Assembly (NCBI GenBank): GCA_002633005.1
Contig: NMRA01000101.1
Location: forward strand, 883,151-947,150
Length of the DNA stretch: 64,000 bases
DNA from: Phoronis australis
Lineage: Eukaryota > Animalia > Phoronida
Direction of reading: 5' to 3'
Notes under the pieces: model-generated
Told to the model about the DNA's origin: nothing
Databases searched by the model: none
Seen by the model: only the letters and a program-made list of their open reading frames with translations
Program-made: the position numbers and the translations under genes
In this document: positions 29,201-41,879 of the stretch, in pieces
Layout of the letters: each line of letters starts with the position of its first letter
Numbering within the stretch: position 1 is the first letter of the stretch

Positions 29201-32200
29201 CGTTGTCTCCCTCATCCATATCCACTGAGGCGGCATCCTCCTCCACCATTGGTCCACGTGACAAAGCTCGGCGGGAAACTGAGCTCTTACTACTGCATGT
29301 GGAACCGGCATCATCTTCTTTTTCTTTGAACAACATGTACTATAAAATAAACACATAACACTGTTTACACACAGTATAGATTTTCTAACAATATTCACAG
29401 TTTGAAAAGCACAAAACACAGTCTATGCAAAGTTTAGATTTTCGAACAACAGGGTTAAATATCAGGGCTTGGAATGACCAATGACAAAAATGCGGAAACT
29501 TTTACAGCCCAAATCATGCACGCTACTCAGCCTTGAAATGTACTCAGCCTTGAAATGGTCGATGTGAACCTTTCCCCGACAAAAATCGGTAAGACTAAAA
29601 AAAAAAAAACGTTACCACCATCAGTAGCATGCGTCTGCGTCCTTTTAGCTCGTCCGTCCGCCCCCAACCCACACATTTTTGGCTGCAGAGCCGTAGTATT
29701 TGTCGCCGCGGTATACAATAACACGAGACGCCATTGAAAATCCCACCACGCTATCCCAGATGCCCCGGCAATGTTGACAATTTACGTTCCTCCGAAACAT
29801 AAAGAGCAACTTCCGCTTTTCGAGGTGAACGTCGTCTGCAACGCCGCGGTAAGAAAGGAATTTGCCGTGGAAATTTTATATCAAATCCGATTTTTTTTAC
29901 ACGGAAATATAATAAAATGCGCGGACAGAACATTTGAAAAAAGCGGAAATCCGCGTTTCCGCGGAAAATTCCAAGCCCTGAAATATACAGTATTCTAATA
30001 TTAATTTATATCCTCTAAGATAACAAATATTGAGTTCATATTTGCATAATAGCCAACTGGTCAAAAATCAAAGTTTACCTCAGGTGTAGCCCCTATCTTA
30101 CATCTGTAACAAATCCATTCTCCGGTAGGCAAGTCATCTTCAAATAATGGAGGGTCACTACAAAAGAAAGCTCACTCTACAACCTACAGCAACTGTAATG
30201 TCAGTAGCGCCACCTTTAGTGTCTGTTGCAAGTCTGATGAGTTTTGCATCACCGTTTTTAAATGTGTGTCGATGTATGCAATTTCCATAGCTATGTTGGT
30301 GTGTTGTACAAGAAGAGGGCGTTTCACTGTCACCTTGAGGCTTGAGACCTTAATGTGATCAGATGTTTGTGACATTGGACATGCACTGTTGCATGGAAAG
30401 AATATTGTGTTTGTTTTTAATGTTCTCGCAAAAGCAAACAGAGCTTTGGCCGTCAACATTTGGTCACCATACTGTTGCTACAAACTTACTTTAGCAATGC
30501 TTGTCGGTTCAAGAGATCCCATAACAGAGCTTGGTTTTGAAGGAAGTTAACAGACTGAAGTAGGAATCCTTTGGCAAAAATCAGAAGGCCCAATAGATCT
30601 TTTATCTATGCTGCTGCTACAATATGGAATTCTCTTAGCCCAGAAATTAAACGGTACGATTCAAGTGATATTTTCAAACGTAATTTTAAAAAGTGGCTGT
30701 AATTTACCTAACCTTTTTTACCCTACCTGTCTCAATCATGTCATTCTTTCCATTATCGTAAATACTCTCACTGCCATCTCTTTATTTATTTCATTTTTCT
30801 TGGTATATTTTCACCATTTTTCATCATTTATTTATTGTTTTAATTCTCAAACTGTTTTAATTGTATCTTTTTATGCATATTTAATTGTTGTTTTATTACT
30901 TCATTGTATTATGTTACTGTTTTTTGCTGTAGAGGGCCCTCTTGGAAAGCAGTGCTGAAGGCCACCCTCATTTTAAATATCACAATAAATAAATTAATTA
31001 ATTAATAAATAAATATCCATTTGCCCAAAGAAGTTGCCTTACACACTGGATATTGGAACCAAAAGAGGGAAGTGGATCATCAACAAACCCACAAACTTCT
31101 GATTTCCCAGACCCGCAAAAGAAAACGCCGGTAGATATTTCCCCAGTTCCATGACTTTTCACTTCAGGTATCTCATTTCAATTTTTCGGCTCTAGCCACA
31201 GGGGTCTGGTGACCTGAGTTGTGGTTTGGCGACTTGGGAATTTGGCGAGTTAATGCTATGCTAATTGTTGACGCTTGCACAGGATGACCACTCTCCATGT
31301 GATGTAACAAAAAAGTGCCATTATACCGAAACACTTAGTCTGCTTCAGGGTTACACAAGTTAACGAAGCTTTGAAAAACAGATTGCAGACATGAACACTT
31401 TGTACTAGAATATTTCCAAAAGGGTTACAGCAAAACGTGTTGACTGAGTGAAATACAGAAACTGAATGTTTTGGTTCGACAAATTCTGGAAAGTAAGCTT
31501 AATTCATAATGAATGATCAAGAAATTCTACTTGTACGTAATGAATGTAAAGATTTCATTTAAGTTAGTAGTTTTATTGGTGAATTTCACAAATCAACTTG
31601 GAACATTTATGATATCAGCATTTCATGCACGATTAATGAAAACTTTTTTACATAAACCTAATTTCTTATGGAATTTGAGTCAAGTCGTAAATCATTAATT
31701 AGGTGCCCGTTCGCCAAAAAAATTGGGATTTGTACGCACCTTGTGGTGTCTAACAATTGCACCAATTTTCGGACATGGATTACCCAACTGTTCTACCCAC
31801 AGGTGTCACTGAAGAGCAATTAACTAACAGAGTCCACTGTCTTGTGTACTATCTTGAATAGCCAATTTGGTAGAGAACACAAATCAATGTATGTGTATCT
31901 CAATGCATTTTAACCAACCAGAGGACGTATCAGTAGATGTTAAGAAAAGGATGAACATGCCCTTAGTGAAAATAGCTTCAAAAAAAATTTGAAAGGAATT
32001 CTTTCAAGTATGCAATGACCTGTAACTTTGAACAACACACACTTCTTCATAACACTTCTCCCACCACCTCAGATAGTGATGCAGCACAAAAGACTTAATG
32101 CGTAATGAAAGCTGTATATACAAAATATCTAAATTGCACTCACTGACACAGGAGGTGAAATGCTGCAGGACACCGGTCACAACACAAGAGGTCGCCACCT

Positions 32201-35065
32201 TCTTTACAACTATCGCAACAATCATGATTGACTGCATTCTTGGGTCGCCTGTAAATGTTACGTTCAGGTTGCGGCTTGCTCCTTTTTCTGCTGGATTCTT
32301 CACTTTGAGGAGGGGCAACAAGTCGCTGGATCTCCTGAATGGTGCAAATTAAGTTATGTAATGTACTGTCAGTTTACACACAAATTCAGTTAGACAACTT
32401 AACTGTGTTGTATAATCTAGGAATAGGTAGATGTAATTATGCAACCCAAATGTTTGGATCAAAAATATATTTCCTTCTAATCGGAAATCTTAAGCAAGTT
32501 CGGACAAGATCATGAGATTGCCGACTTGGCAAATAAAGGACATTCGATACCACCTAGGCCATATATTCACTGGAATATTGTTATCTCTCCCTCCCACAAA
32601 ACCCACCAACTGGCGTCAAATATCATGGAATGTTGACTAATTAAATTTATACGATTTAGGACACGTGGTGGACAAGTGAAACTGTTTTTTTTTTCTCCAC
32701 AGATGTTGCAACCAATAGATGTTTTATCAAATTATTATACCAAACGCTTCAATAAATTGTGGGAATTAGCAATATTAAAGGCCTTTGAAAACTGAAAAAA
32801 GAGATTGGTTTGTGGGAACCATGTTGACCGGAATTGGCAAGATTTCACCGTATGCTAACAAAAATAAATGCATTTGGGATATACAACTAGACATGTTTTA
32901 CAGACAATAGGAACAAAAACAGACAATAATTTGACACCTTTGAATGTGCAAAATTTCCATGATATTGAGACTATTCCAAGGATATTTGTGTGCCATTTTG
33001 ATGTTCTGTTTAAGTTATGCCCAGCGGTGCTATCTAAAATAATGCTGCTTGAATATTCATCACATGCTCTTTTTCTTTATTATCATTTTTGTCTATAGTG
33101 GTGAGGTCAGTGAGATTTAAGGGCAGGTCAGCCTGTGTAGGCAAAACATCACCCTAGGCAACGCAAAGCAGGGTCATACGAAGTTCCTATTAGGGAATGC
33201 TCAACTGTTTAACTTAATGATTGTTAAAATAAAATACACTGTAAACATGTGAATTACAGATTAACAAATTTACAAACTACAATTAATTGCTTTTCAGTGT
33301 CTAAGAACAGCAAGGGTAATTATTGACATTTTTAGCACTTGCTTGAAAGTGAAGTGTGCTTGTAATAAGAAGTAATAAGTATGCAAAGCATAGTATAAGT
33401 ATAAAAGTAGGGAGGTAAAAAAAGAAACAACCACCTTTAATTACATAGACACAGTTGAGACTAAGTGGAACATGTCAGAATGAGTTACAGGCTAATTTGG
33501 TCTGGATGCTTGTGATAAGTTATAGTAGAAATAAAATTTTTTATTGCTATTAACAACAATCGGGTATTACACCCTTTGGGTGTCTTGAAAGTGTCTAACA
33601 TTTTGACTTGTCTATATAGCCGATATTTTTTACCCACACTAAAAAATCGAATCAACAAGTAATATCAATACATTTTCAATCGCAAAACAGTCTTTGCTTT
33701 TTGATATGGAGTGTTTATTTCAAATGCGCAGTACACAGTTTCCAGTGACACCAGTTTACCTATTTCCTATTCCATTTTAGAGGTTGTGCCAATGCCTACT
33801 AGAACACCAACAACGGCTAGTGCAGCATCCCATTTTTACACACTGCACTTTCACACTTATGAAAGAGTAGAACACATACCTGGTTAAGATTCTGACACGA
33901 CCACAAATAACCTCTAAATACTAGATATATTCACTATAGCCAATACACTGCTCTGAAACAGAGCTGAAGGGCAATCCAAGTTTCTCAAAAATTTGTGAAA
34001 TGGACATAAATCAAAAGAATGGGAGAAAAATACTAGTTGGTTGTGCTAGTACTAACCAAATTGAATTAATTCATTTGACATATTTAGGGAACTGAAAACG
34101 GTCTTAGTGGTTATATTTGGTCTCTTTTTAACTTTGTCTAACAACAATGAATCTTCTACTCTCAGTTTTTGACCTAATGATGTCATGAAGTGACCTGAAT
34201 GCCAACCAATAAGAAAAGTGAATGCTAAAGTTCACCGCTGAATTGAAAATGTAAATGGTGGAGTGACAAGCGAATAGTAACAAAAACGAATCTTTGTGTG
34301 AACAAGTTCTTTCGAAGGACTTCATTTCCAAACAGTTATATTTGCCACATTATTTCTGAACATAAATGTGCAATTTGTGTGTGATATGTATACAATTTTA
34401 GGCTTTCAATGTACAGACTTTCCAACCCTGTTTAAAGGTTGGTTCACTGACTATACCTAGTAAACACGCTGTGACACCCGACTTCTGGCTATGACGTACA
34501 GCCACATAAAACCTCTCTAAATACCTTGCTAAGTGGAAATTGCCTCTTTGCTGAACGGTCTGGATCATCGGCTCTAACAGGTGCAACCCGGATTCAAGTC
34601 TTCATGACGGCGAAATTTTCTATACACAGTATTTAATGCCCAATAGGGTTATTGTTAACAATCGGACTCTAAATTATAGACACTGTGACTTGATATTAGT
34701 GTTTTCCCAATCCCCTCTATATGTCAAATAAAAAAATGTGTGAAAACCAAATGATAAAGTCCCTTCCCACAGTCACACTTAATTTCACAGAAGTCATTAC
34801 TTGGCGCACTGTTCAATGGCCTCACTTGAATTTTGCATACCAAGAAAATAGCCAAGCACTCAGTATTAAGGTTAGGACTTGTGGCTATGATTTGGAGTCA
34901 GATTGTAAGCTATAAATCGCGATCGTATCTCAGGAGAGATATAAAATAACAACACTCAGCAGCAAAATGGCGAATATTTAGAACATTTGTCGCTGTGAAG
35001 TCCACGTTTCCTACCTCCATAATTCCTCCCGAAGTATCTAAATCGTAAATTGTTCCTTCGTTCAT
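14210..35065 (-). CDS. PHF12: PHD finger protein 12 (Pf1, SIN3/HDAC complex subunit), complete, 14 coding exons, 884 aa
   Basis: Exons: 35015-35065, 32144-32334, 30079-30157, 29102-29339, 27750-27864, 27287-27590, 25137-25277, 23699-24362, 22357-22476, 20007-20141, 19146-19241, 16522-16604, 15360-15578, 14210-14428. All GT-AG, phases compatible, total 2655 nt. Diagnostic motifs: [20 protein letters not shown]; PHD1 [33 protein letters not shown]; PHD2 [28 protein letters not shown]; [17 protein letters not shown]; FHA-like [51 protein letters not shown]; [25 protein letters not shown]. The acceptor at 29339 is the least certain boundary. Confidence 0.95.
14570..15035. repeat. Degenerate minisatellite in the last PHF12 intron
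   Basis: Recurrent ACAGACTGACAACAAGTGACCACC motif with ~33-bp period. Confidence 0.85.
17364..17877. mobile_element. PIF/Harbinger-like MITE spanning the assembly gap
   Basis: TIRs GGGCTATTCCAGTAAAATCCATGTGGGA / TCCCATACAGATTTTGCTGGAACAGCCC, with TAA on both flanks (17361-17363, 17878-17880). Confidence 0.7.
17408..17561. other. Assembly gap (N run)
   Basis: 154 N just after a poly-G tract. A single N also occurs at 1309, again in a G run. Confidence 0.99.
18901..19059. mobile_element. Short palindromic MITE-like element with internal tRNA-like B-box
   Basis: ~47-bp imperfect inverted arms TAAGTCTGGTCAGCACG..GACCTAAT / ATTAGGTC..CGTGCTGACCAGACTTA. The centre reads AGAAGGTCCCGGGTTCAAGTCCTGGTTGGGACA on the minus strand. 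Confidence 0.65.
19790..20017. repeat. 43-bp tandem repeat spanning a PHF12 splice donor
   Basis: ACTCAC (minus GTGAGT) at 19829, 19872, 19915, 19958 and 20001; unit CCCAGAACAATACTCACCAGAGGGAGACACTYRACACAAACTA. Confidence 0.92.
22501..23270. mobile_element. Degraded HINE/Helentron-like element (same family as 54153-55234)
   Basis: Begins ACAAGA. Shares AAAATGGCCACTAGGTG, GTGGACGCAAAAA..AAAATTGCCA..CGCCACAGTAGT and TGCCAAGTTTC.TGAAAATC with the 54-55 kb element. Boundaries approximate. Confidence 0.5.
25878..26892. mobile_element. hAT-like non-autonomous element with 6-bp TSD
   Basis: TIR CAGTGTTTCCC / GGGAAACACTG; flanking direct repeat ATAGTC at 25872-25877 and 26893-26898. Confidence 0.8.
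29463..29980. mobile_element. hAT-like MITE with 6-bp TSD
   Basis: TIR CAGGGCTTGGAAT / ATTCCAAGCCCTG; flanking direct repeat AAATAT at 29457-29462 and 29981-29986. Subterminal GCGGAAA motifs; internal perfect 17-bp duplication TACTCAGCCTTGAAATG. Confidence 0.8.
30592..31016 (+). mobile_element. 5'-truncated LINE (CR1/L2-group-like) 3' end in PHF12 intron
   Basis: 30592-30702 translates [36 protein letters not shown], typical of the extreme C-terminus of L2/CR1 ORF2. It is followed by a T-rich 3' UTR and an AATAAATAAATTAATT.. tail. Confidence 0.75.
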
Positions 35066-35859
35066 CTTGAACGTTTAAGTAAGATAATATGAAGCGGCAC
35101 TTAAAAGACCCAAAGCACAGATTAAGCACCGAAGTTTCTCAGCCTTTGACAAATATCCATTATTTCGTTCAAGAGATGGACAAGCGTGAACTCTACTTCA
35201 AGAGATCCCAATTCCGAATCTGTAGGAAATCACTCAACCAAACTTGAACAACAAACACTCAGTTGATTCTTCTACAACATCTGAGAACGAGCAATAATTT
35301 CGCAGAACGTCATCTGCAATACTTGGTGTTGAATTGTGACAGGTTAAGCACCTTCGAAGCTTCGGCTTGGCGCAAATGTCGGACGGGCAATCACGCATGC
35401 GTGGTGACCGCATGTATATTTTTGAGCATGCGCAGATTGAATCTTTGAAAGGGAAACCTTTTAATTTTCCACTTTATTCGTGATTTGAATGTGTTCGATA
35501 GATACCATGAGGTTGACAAAAGAACGTAGAACCAAACTGGCAACGTTACTCGAAAATGGATGTCTTTTTGTCTGAATAAAAAAATTGCTAGTTTACAGTT
35601 CCGACAATAGATGGTACTTGTGTCAGACGAGCAGCCAGTGTAGAGTTTCGTCGACCTAAGACTCTCGCAAAGTAAGGTATTGTGATCACGTGCTTAACTT
35701 GTAATGTAAGGCGACATCTCGCGAAGTCCTGCGTTGTTAAATTTTTGGGAGATTCTCGCATCTACGAAACGCACACCAGATGTCGCCCTGCTTTCGTTTC
35801 ATTTGAGCACCAGCTCATTGATTTGAGTCAGCCACCATACCGACGTGCTGAAAAAAAGG
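35066..35859. promoter_or_regulatory. Probable bidirectional promoter shared by PHF12 and LRRC47
   Basis: Divergent ATGs with 794 bp between them; locally CpG-enriched. NRF1-like GCATGCGCA at ~35426, palindrome CACGCATGCGTG at ~35392, TCTCGCGA-type motif at ~35717. Confidence 0.65.
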
Positions 35860-38800
35860 ATGTCTGAGAAACAGTGGCCGGAGGTTGCCCAAGCTTTCAA
35901 AGAAAAAAGAAGAGAACTCGTTCTATCGGGATCTGAGATATCGAAAAGAATTGACAGTGATGGATTGGATGAAACGATTTATCGCATGTCTCGCCTAAAC
36001 TTCCTGGAAGTATGCAAAACAACATTGGAAGTTTTAAATGAAAACTTGGGCAATATGGAAAACCTTACAAACCTTGTTCTTCACACAAACCACTTGAAGT
36101 CAATCCCGTCAACTATTGGAAAATTGTCCAATCTAAAAATTCTTGATTTGTCCAACAACAAGATCGAGGATTTACCTGTTGAGTTTGGCATGTTGAAAGA
36201 GCTACACACTGTAAACATTAGTGCTAATCGCCTGTCTGCCTTGCCACAGGTAGAAAACTTGACCAATTTACATGTTGTCAATTTCTCATGTAATCAGTTT
36301 GAAGAATTTCCAAACGGCTTATGCCACAGCAATTTGAAGCTTTTGAATACAGTTAATGGGAGCTTTAATGCCATCACCACTGTACCTCAAGAGATTTCTA
36401 ATTTGTTATCTCTGAAAAACCTCGATTTGTCAAACAACAAATTGCTAGATGTTGCCCCCGAACTCTGCGAATGTTCCAAAGTCAAGGAACTGAACCTTAA
36501 GGAAAACTGCTTCAAGGACAGACGATTTGGTAAACTGGTCCAACAGTGCCAGCCTAAATCAGTGTTGGATTATTTGGCCAAAATGTTGGCTGAAAAACAC
36601 AAGGCGAGTGGGAGGACATCAAAGAAGGAGCGAAAGAAGAAGCAACATGGAGCCACGGCCACAGAACTGCCTAAAGATATAATAGTAGTGAAGCACTTCA
36701 AAGATGATGGTGTTGTCGTTCAGGTGGCAGATGATCTGGTGAAAGATGTCAGACCTTACATTGTCTGCTGTGTTGTGAACAATGTAGCTTTCAATCCAAG
36801 CTCTTTCAAAGCCTTCATTGCAGCACAGGTGAAATTCCCACTTATATCTGTTATTGAATAGTCAACTTTCCGTTGCCCATTGTTTGCTTTCATACTAATA
36901 ATGTGCTCACTTGTGTTGTTACGCTTCCATCAAAATGTGTTCGAAAGAGTTTGTTCCAACATTTAGAAAAATTGTCCACCATACATTTTGTATTTTTTAA
37001 CATTTTATGCCAAGTGATATGCATACAATTAATGCATGTGTATTTAAATCTCTTGTTGTTTTTAGACCAAATTGCATGATGGTCCACTGTGTGATAAGCG
37101 TCAGAAAGCGACAATAGCGACCCATGACCTCGGTGCCATTTGTGCTATGATGAGCAATGGCAGGACACCGTTGTTGTATACAGCGAAGAAACCAACAGAG
37201 TTAAAGGTGAATGTCAGTGTGACTTGTAGTTGTAAAGACGTAGTTAACAATAATGACAATTGCTTAAAATATTAAAATCCATTTAGTAATAATGATAATG
37301 ATGAACATTGCCATACATGTCTGGGTCATTCCCCAGGGTGTTCAAATTGGGGAACTCAAAAATCTGGTGGGGCGGTAAGCCGAGTGTGGGCACTTAAAAC
37401 AAAATTTTTGAGAAGTTGGATATGGCGCTTACTGGAACAGTTGACTGGATTAGTGCCCATGGAGTTGAAAAGACATCGGACTTCACTCATAAGAATCAAA
37501 CAAAAATTGGCAGATTGTACGTCCCTTGGAGGAATTATCACCTAAGGGGTGTTCGCCAAATCCCACTCTGGTCTGGGTATGGGGAAATAACATGCCTATC
37601 ATGGAATAATCTTTTAATAATATATTTTCTGAATCCTCAGTGACTGAAAAATCTGAATTGATGCCTTAAAACACCACACAAATGTCCCAAGTTTTCATTT
37701 GGCTGATGTCATCATGGTTGGAAGTTTATGAAAAGTCAGAGATGTAGACCATGATCGAAGTGTGCAAAATTATGTGTGAAATGTCACGGTAAATAGAACT
37801 TGATGTTCAGAACCAAAACCAGCAGTGAGACTACTGTTGCTACTTTGAATTACTCTTGTTATCCATCACACAGCTCACCCCTCTAGGTAGACATAGTGAG
37901 ACCACTGCTGAAGCTCTGGTAGCCAGTTTGAGGAAAGAAGCTGACGACTACCGCAGAGAGAAGAAACGTCACAACTTTAGTGGAATTCACAAGTAGGTTG
38001 AAGCTAAAGAACATTCTCTTATCTTCAGCGCTTAACTCTCATTAACATATAGTGGAACTGTTCAATGCCCACATGGAGAATCAATATAATATTATGTTTG
38101 ACTTAACCAAGCTTAACTGTGTGCTAGTGGTGCTATGCATTGTAACTCATGAACTGAAATTAAAAGTACTTTTGCATTGGTATTTTGAGAAACGTTGCAT
38201 ACAAACTCCTGTCTGTTTATGAAGGAAGTATCTAAATGGCAAATTTAACATTTGTCCTGTTATTTTTATTAAATTAGCAACTCCAGGGTTGTACAAAAGC
38301 TTTAAGGCAGTTTCAGTGTTGCTGATGTTCATTGCTGTTCTCCGTATTTTAGTTAAAGCTACTATGAACCGGTCTTCTACCAAGTAATTTTTGATTTAGG
38401 CATCTTACTGTTATACAACTGGTCTAGACTTGCTTGTTAACAAGATTTGAAGTGATTTCTTGACTAACTTGCAAAGCATAATAGTTTGTTGTCGCTTGGA
38501 GCCATGGTTAGTACATCAAGTGTTCTGCTGGGTAAAGCTAATTCATTCATGAGTCATTGAGTGAACACAATGACACACTGTTTGTGTTCAATAGCCAATC
38601 AATTATTATGTTTCATGAAACATGTTGTTGAGCTGAACCTATGTTGTGTGCATTGTACATGAAGTGGAGGAATATAGTAATTAACATAGAAATGTCTTTT
38701 CAAATGATTTAATTTGTATTCTTTTGAAAACAAAATAGAAATAAATGGGCATTGTCCTTTATAAAGGTTGGGTAAGGTATTTTTATTTTGTAGCCGTGAG

Positions 38801-41333
38801 TTCTTAATTCTGGTAGTACTGATTACCCTGTTATACCGTCTGTATTTCAGTGTCCAAGTGTTGCTGTGTTAGCTAACTGCTCAATGCATCTTGTTTCAGA
38901 TACCTAGACTTGCTCAAGGATAAACCTCTCTACCCATGTTTGATGGTTAAAGAGACAGAGGTCATATCCTTTCCACCCATCACAAACTGTCAGTGTTCAA
39001 AGGTATTGCCTAACTAGATAGGTAGCATTGGCTTCTCTGGAAGGTTTAGCGAGGCCGCTGCAATGGCGCCACCTTCCATCCCAGATACTAACAAGAAATG
39101 ATGTCTTAAAAATCTCAATAAATATTTTTTTCTTTTCATAGTTACTGTTGTGACCTGTCATGGAAATCTAATATTTGTCGTGGAAATCCAGTATAAAGGC
39201 TTAAAGCATTCGTGGCTTGAGGTTGAAAATGCAAACGCTTGTGATTTCCTAGATCCACCAAGTGTCCTGGTTTTACTGCAATATATCTAGTATTCTCTTC
39301 ATATTACAACAGCCTAAAAATAATGAAATTTGATCGCGATCTTATGAAATTTGAGTTCAGCTTAAGGCCTCTTTGTGGTTCAAGCCAGTTTGCGGAACTT
39401 TTGTAAATGGTATCAAATTAGTTGTATTCGTACAAGCCAAGCCCAGTTGAGGTGGATTTGAACGGTCAATTGAATCATATCGCCTTGGATGGGAGACATG
39501 ATGTATACTTGTGCTTGTGCAGATATTGCTTCCTGTGTTTATTTTCGTTGGCAATTTCTCACTCCGGTGTTACACGTTTTCTCAACCCATGTTACACACA
39601 ATAACTAGTATGACCAAAAAATGAAATGGCAGTTGGAAGGAGGGAGAGACAATTATGGTGCTTGATGTCTGGAGTGATGTCAGTCGACAGTCTCTCCTAG
39701 AAGAGTGGCAAGATTCTCCATTGGAACATAGAAATCTTGAGTGTCTAAATGACTAAATATTGGTCGTGTAGACGAAGCAATTTGAGCCAGTCGGGATTAA
39801 CCGCTTACAAAGTGTAGACGGAGAGACGTAGCGATGGTTGGTGACAACTTTCAAACAAATCCAACTGCTGCTATGCCCACACATTGGCAATTTTATTTTG
39901 CCTTCTCTTCTGTATATTCCGAGCTCCTTAAAAGATTTTCATGAAATTTGCCGTAGAAGTTAATAATATGTCGACAATGTCTTCCCAGTTTTGGCGTCGG
40001 GTTGGACATGTTCTGCATCACCTAGTGCCCATTTCTATTACAAGATTCTGTTTTTCGACGTCTGCCTCTCTTTCTGCCTAACCACTGGAAGGATCATTAT
40101 GAAGATTGGCAGTTGCTTTCCTGCCAAAAAGACTGTGCCCAGTCTTGACATTCAGATAATTTTGTTTTTTGTTTCTAGGGCTTAAACAACAAATATTTGT
40201 GACTTTTGAACTGATCTGATTACTTCTGTACCCGTAGCAATTTTAGTATATTTACCTGTATCTTTGAGAGTTCCATAACAAAAATATAATGACATATTCC
40301 CATTTTTGGATATATTTGATATATTCTGCGCTATCTAGTTGCCATTTTCATTATTTATGAGTTCGTGGAAAGGGCAGATATTATTTTTTGTGGATGTGTT
40401 TTTAGGCCATTTGTAATTCAGAGAGAATTCCATGTTGTCATGGACAGTCCAAATGTTTGTGTGTTTCTCTTTTTAGTAACTGGCTGTACTTTGGTAGCAC
40501 ATATTTTGTCATGCAAAATTGCTTGACATCTGAACGAAAACATTCATTCATTCATAGGGCACACAAACTCTTAAAGAGCAGTGTTCTGGGTGTTACATTC
40601 ATAATTGGTCAAAGGTTTCCTGTCTTTCCCATCCGTTACCATTGCATCTTCAGAATGGCGCCATCCAAGAACTTTTTCTGCAATGTCTTGAACGCAAAAT
40701 CACCCGTCAAGAAATTATAGATAGCATGTCAATTTGATTCGTAGAGCACAATGTGCTGCGATTGAAAGTACTGGAGTCCCTTTTGACTGCATTAGAGAGC
40801 ATTCTTTGAATGAGCAGCAAACAGGGTCGCGCCGCACGCACACTTGTTTGCGTGATTTTTCTGTTACCCCCTCCATTTGTCAGTCTTTGCAGTATTTCAC
40901 GTCTGGCGTGTCGCACTGTGTATGTTTCTAGCCTGTATAATTTTGCTATACTTTCTAACAGAATGACAATGCAGCGTGTTTCAAGTGAAAGGAATTTTTT
41001 CAGATTTCAAAGGAGACCACGGATATCCTAATAGAAGTTACCAGTTCAATAAGTCAGGAGATGTGCAAGAAAGTTCTAGAAGAACTTCTGGCTATTATGC
41101 TTGTCAAGGGTCACGGAGCATCTGGTGACAGGGTCACGGGGGAAGGTGGTGATAGTGGAAGTGAAGGAGCTGAAGGTTACGACATGTCTGGTCACGGGGA
41201 TTTGGCGCAGGGTCAAAGATCACTGACTGTGGAGCAAGTGAAGGTGTTGGATGAGGCTGGACATCTGAAGGTGATTTATCCATCGAGGGTTGATCTACAA
41301 AGTGAGGCCTACAGTGTAGAACGAGAATCTTAG
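35860..41333 (+). CDS. LRRC47: Leucine-rich repeat-containing protein 47 (LRRs + PheRS-beta B3/4-like domain), complete, 5 exons, 553 aa
   Basis: Exons: 35860-36828, 37066-37206, 37874-37992, 38900-39002, 41004-41333. GT-AG, total 1662 nt. N-terminal WPEV..A..EKRRELVL, LRR array, then B3/4-like motifs VRPYIVCCVV, QTKLHD..CDKRQKATIATHDL, VISFPPITNC, and C-terminal LKVIYPSRVDL. Confidence 0.95.
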
Positions 41334-41873
41334 TCATGCCAGCCATTCAAGTCAAAGAATTTTTGTTTCCAGTGGGCTATAGAAAAGATGCTTAGTAGTT
41401 GACAAAATGAAAAAGGAATTGTTAGATTTTGATTTGATGTTGGATAATTCTTGCTTTCATTATTTCGTTGAACTGTGGGAATGTTCGTTGTTATTTTAGT
41501 TTAGTGCCTGTAACTATACTTCAAACCATGTGTGCAATTATGCTGTGCTTTTAGGTCGTAGTCTAAACACTTGAAATGTTGAAGCCTACTGTTACAATTC
41601 CCATTTCTTGTTAACCACGTTTATTCTGGAGTCTCAGTTCATTGGCAGCAACCGTGTTTTTATTACCCAACATCCTTAGCTAGACTACAGCAGAGACACC
41701 AAGTGTCGAACAAGTATACTAAATGCAATCAAGATACTGCAGCTGCATTCTGCTTGAAGACGTCAGATTATCATTCATGGCTATGCGCCGACTTAATCAA
41801 GCATTATAAATTTTGATTTGGTTGCAATTTTCAGTGCTTAAACTGTTCTTGCCTTGTCTGTATACCGCAAAAA

Positions 41874-41879
41874 AATAAA
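41874..41879 (+). terminator. Candidate polyadenylation signal of LRRC47
   Basis: AATAAA ~540 bp after the stop codon. Confidence 0.45.

Noticed and set aside
32004-32321. 105-aa ORF in the track
   Set aside because: Wrong frame; the overlapping frame encodes PHF12 PHD1 (exon 32144-32334).
35860-41333. LRR fused to a tRNA-synthetase-like B3/4 domain as a novel architecture
   Set aside because: This is the known LRRC47 architecture.
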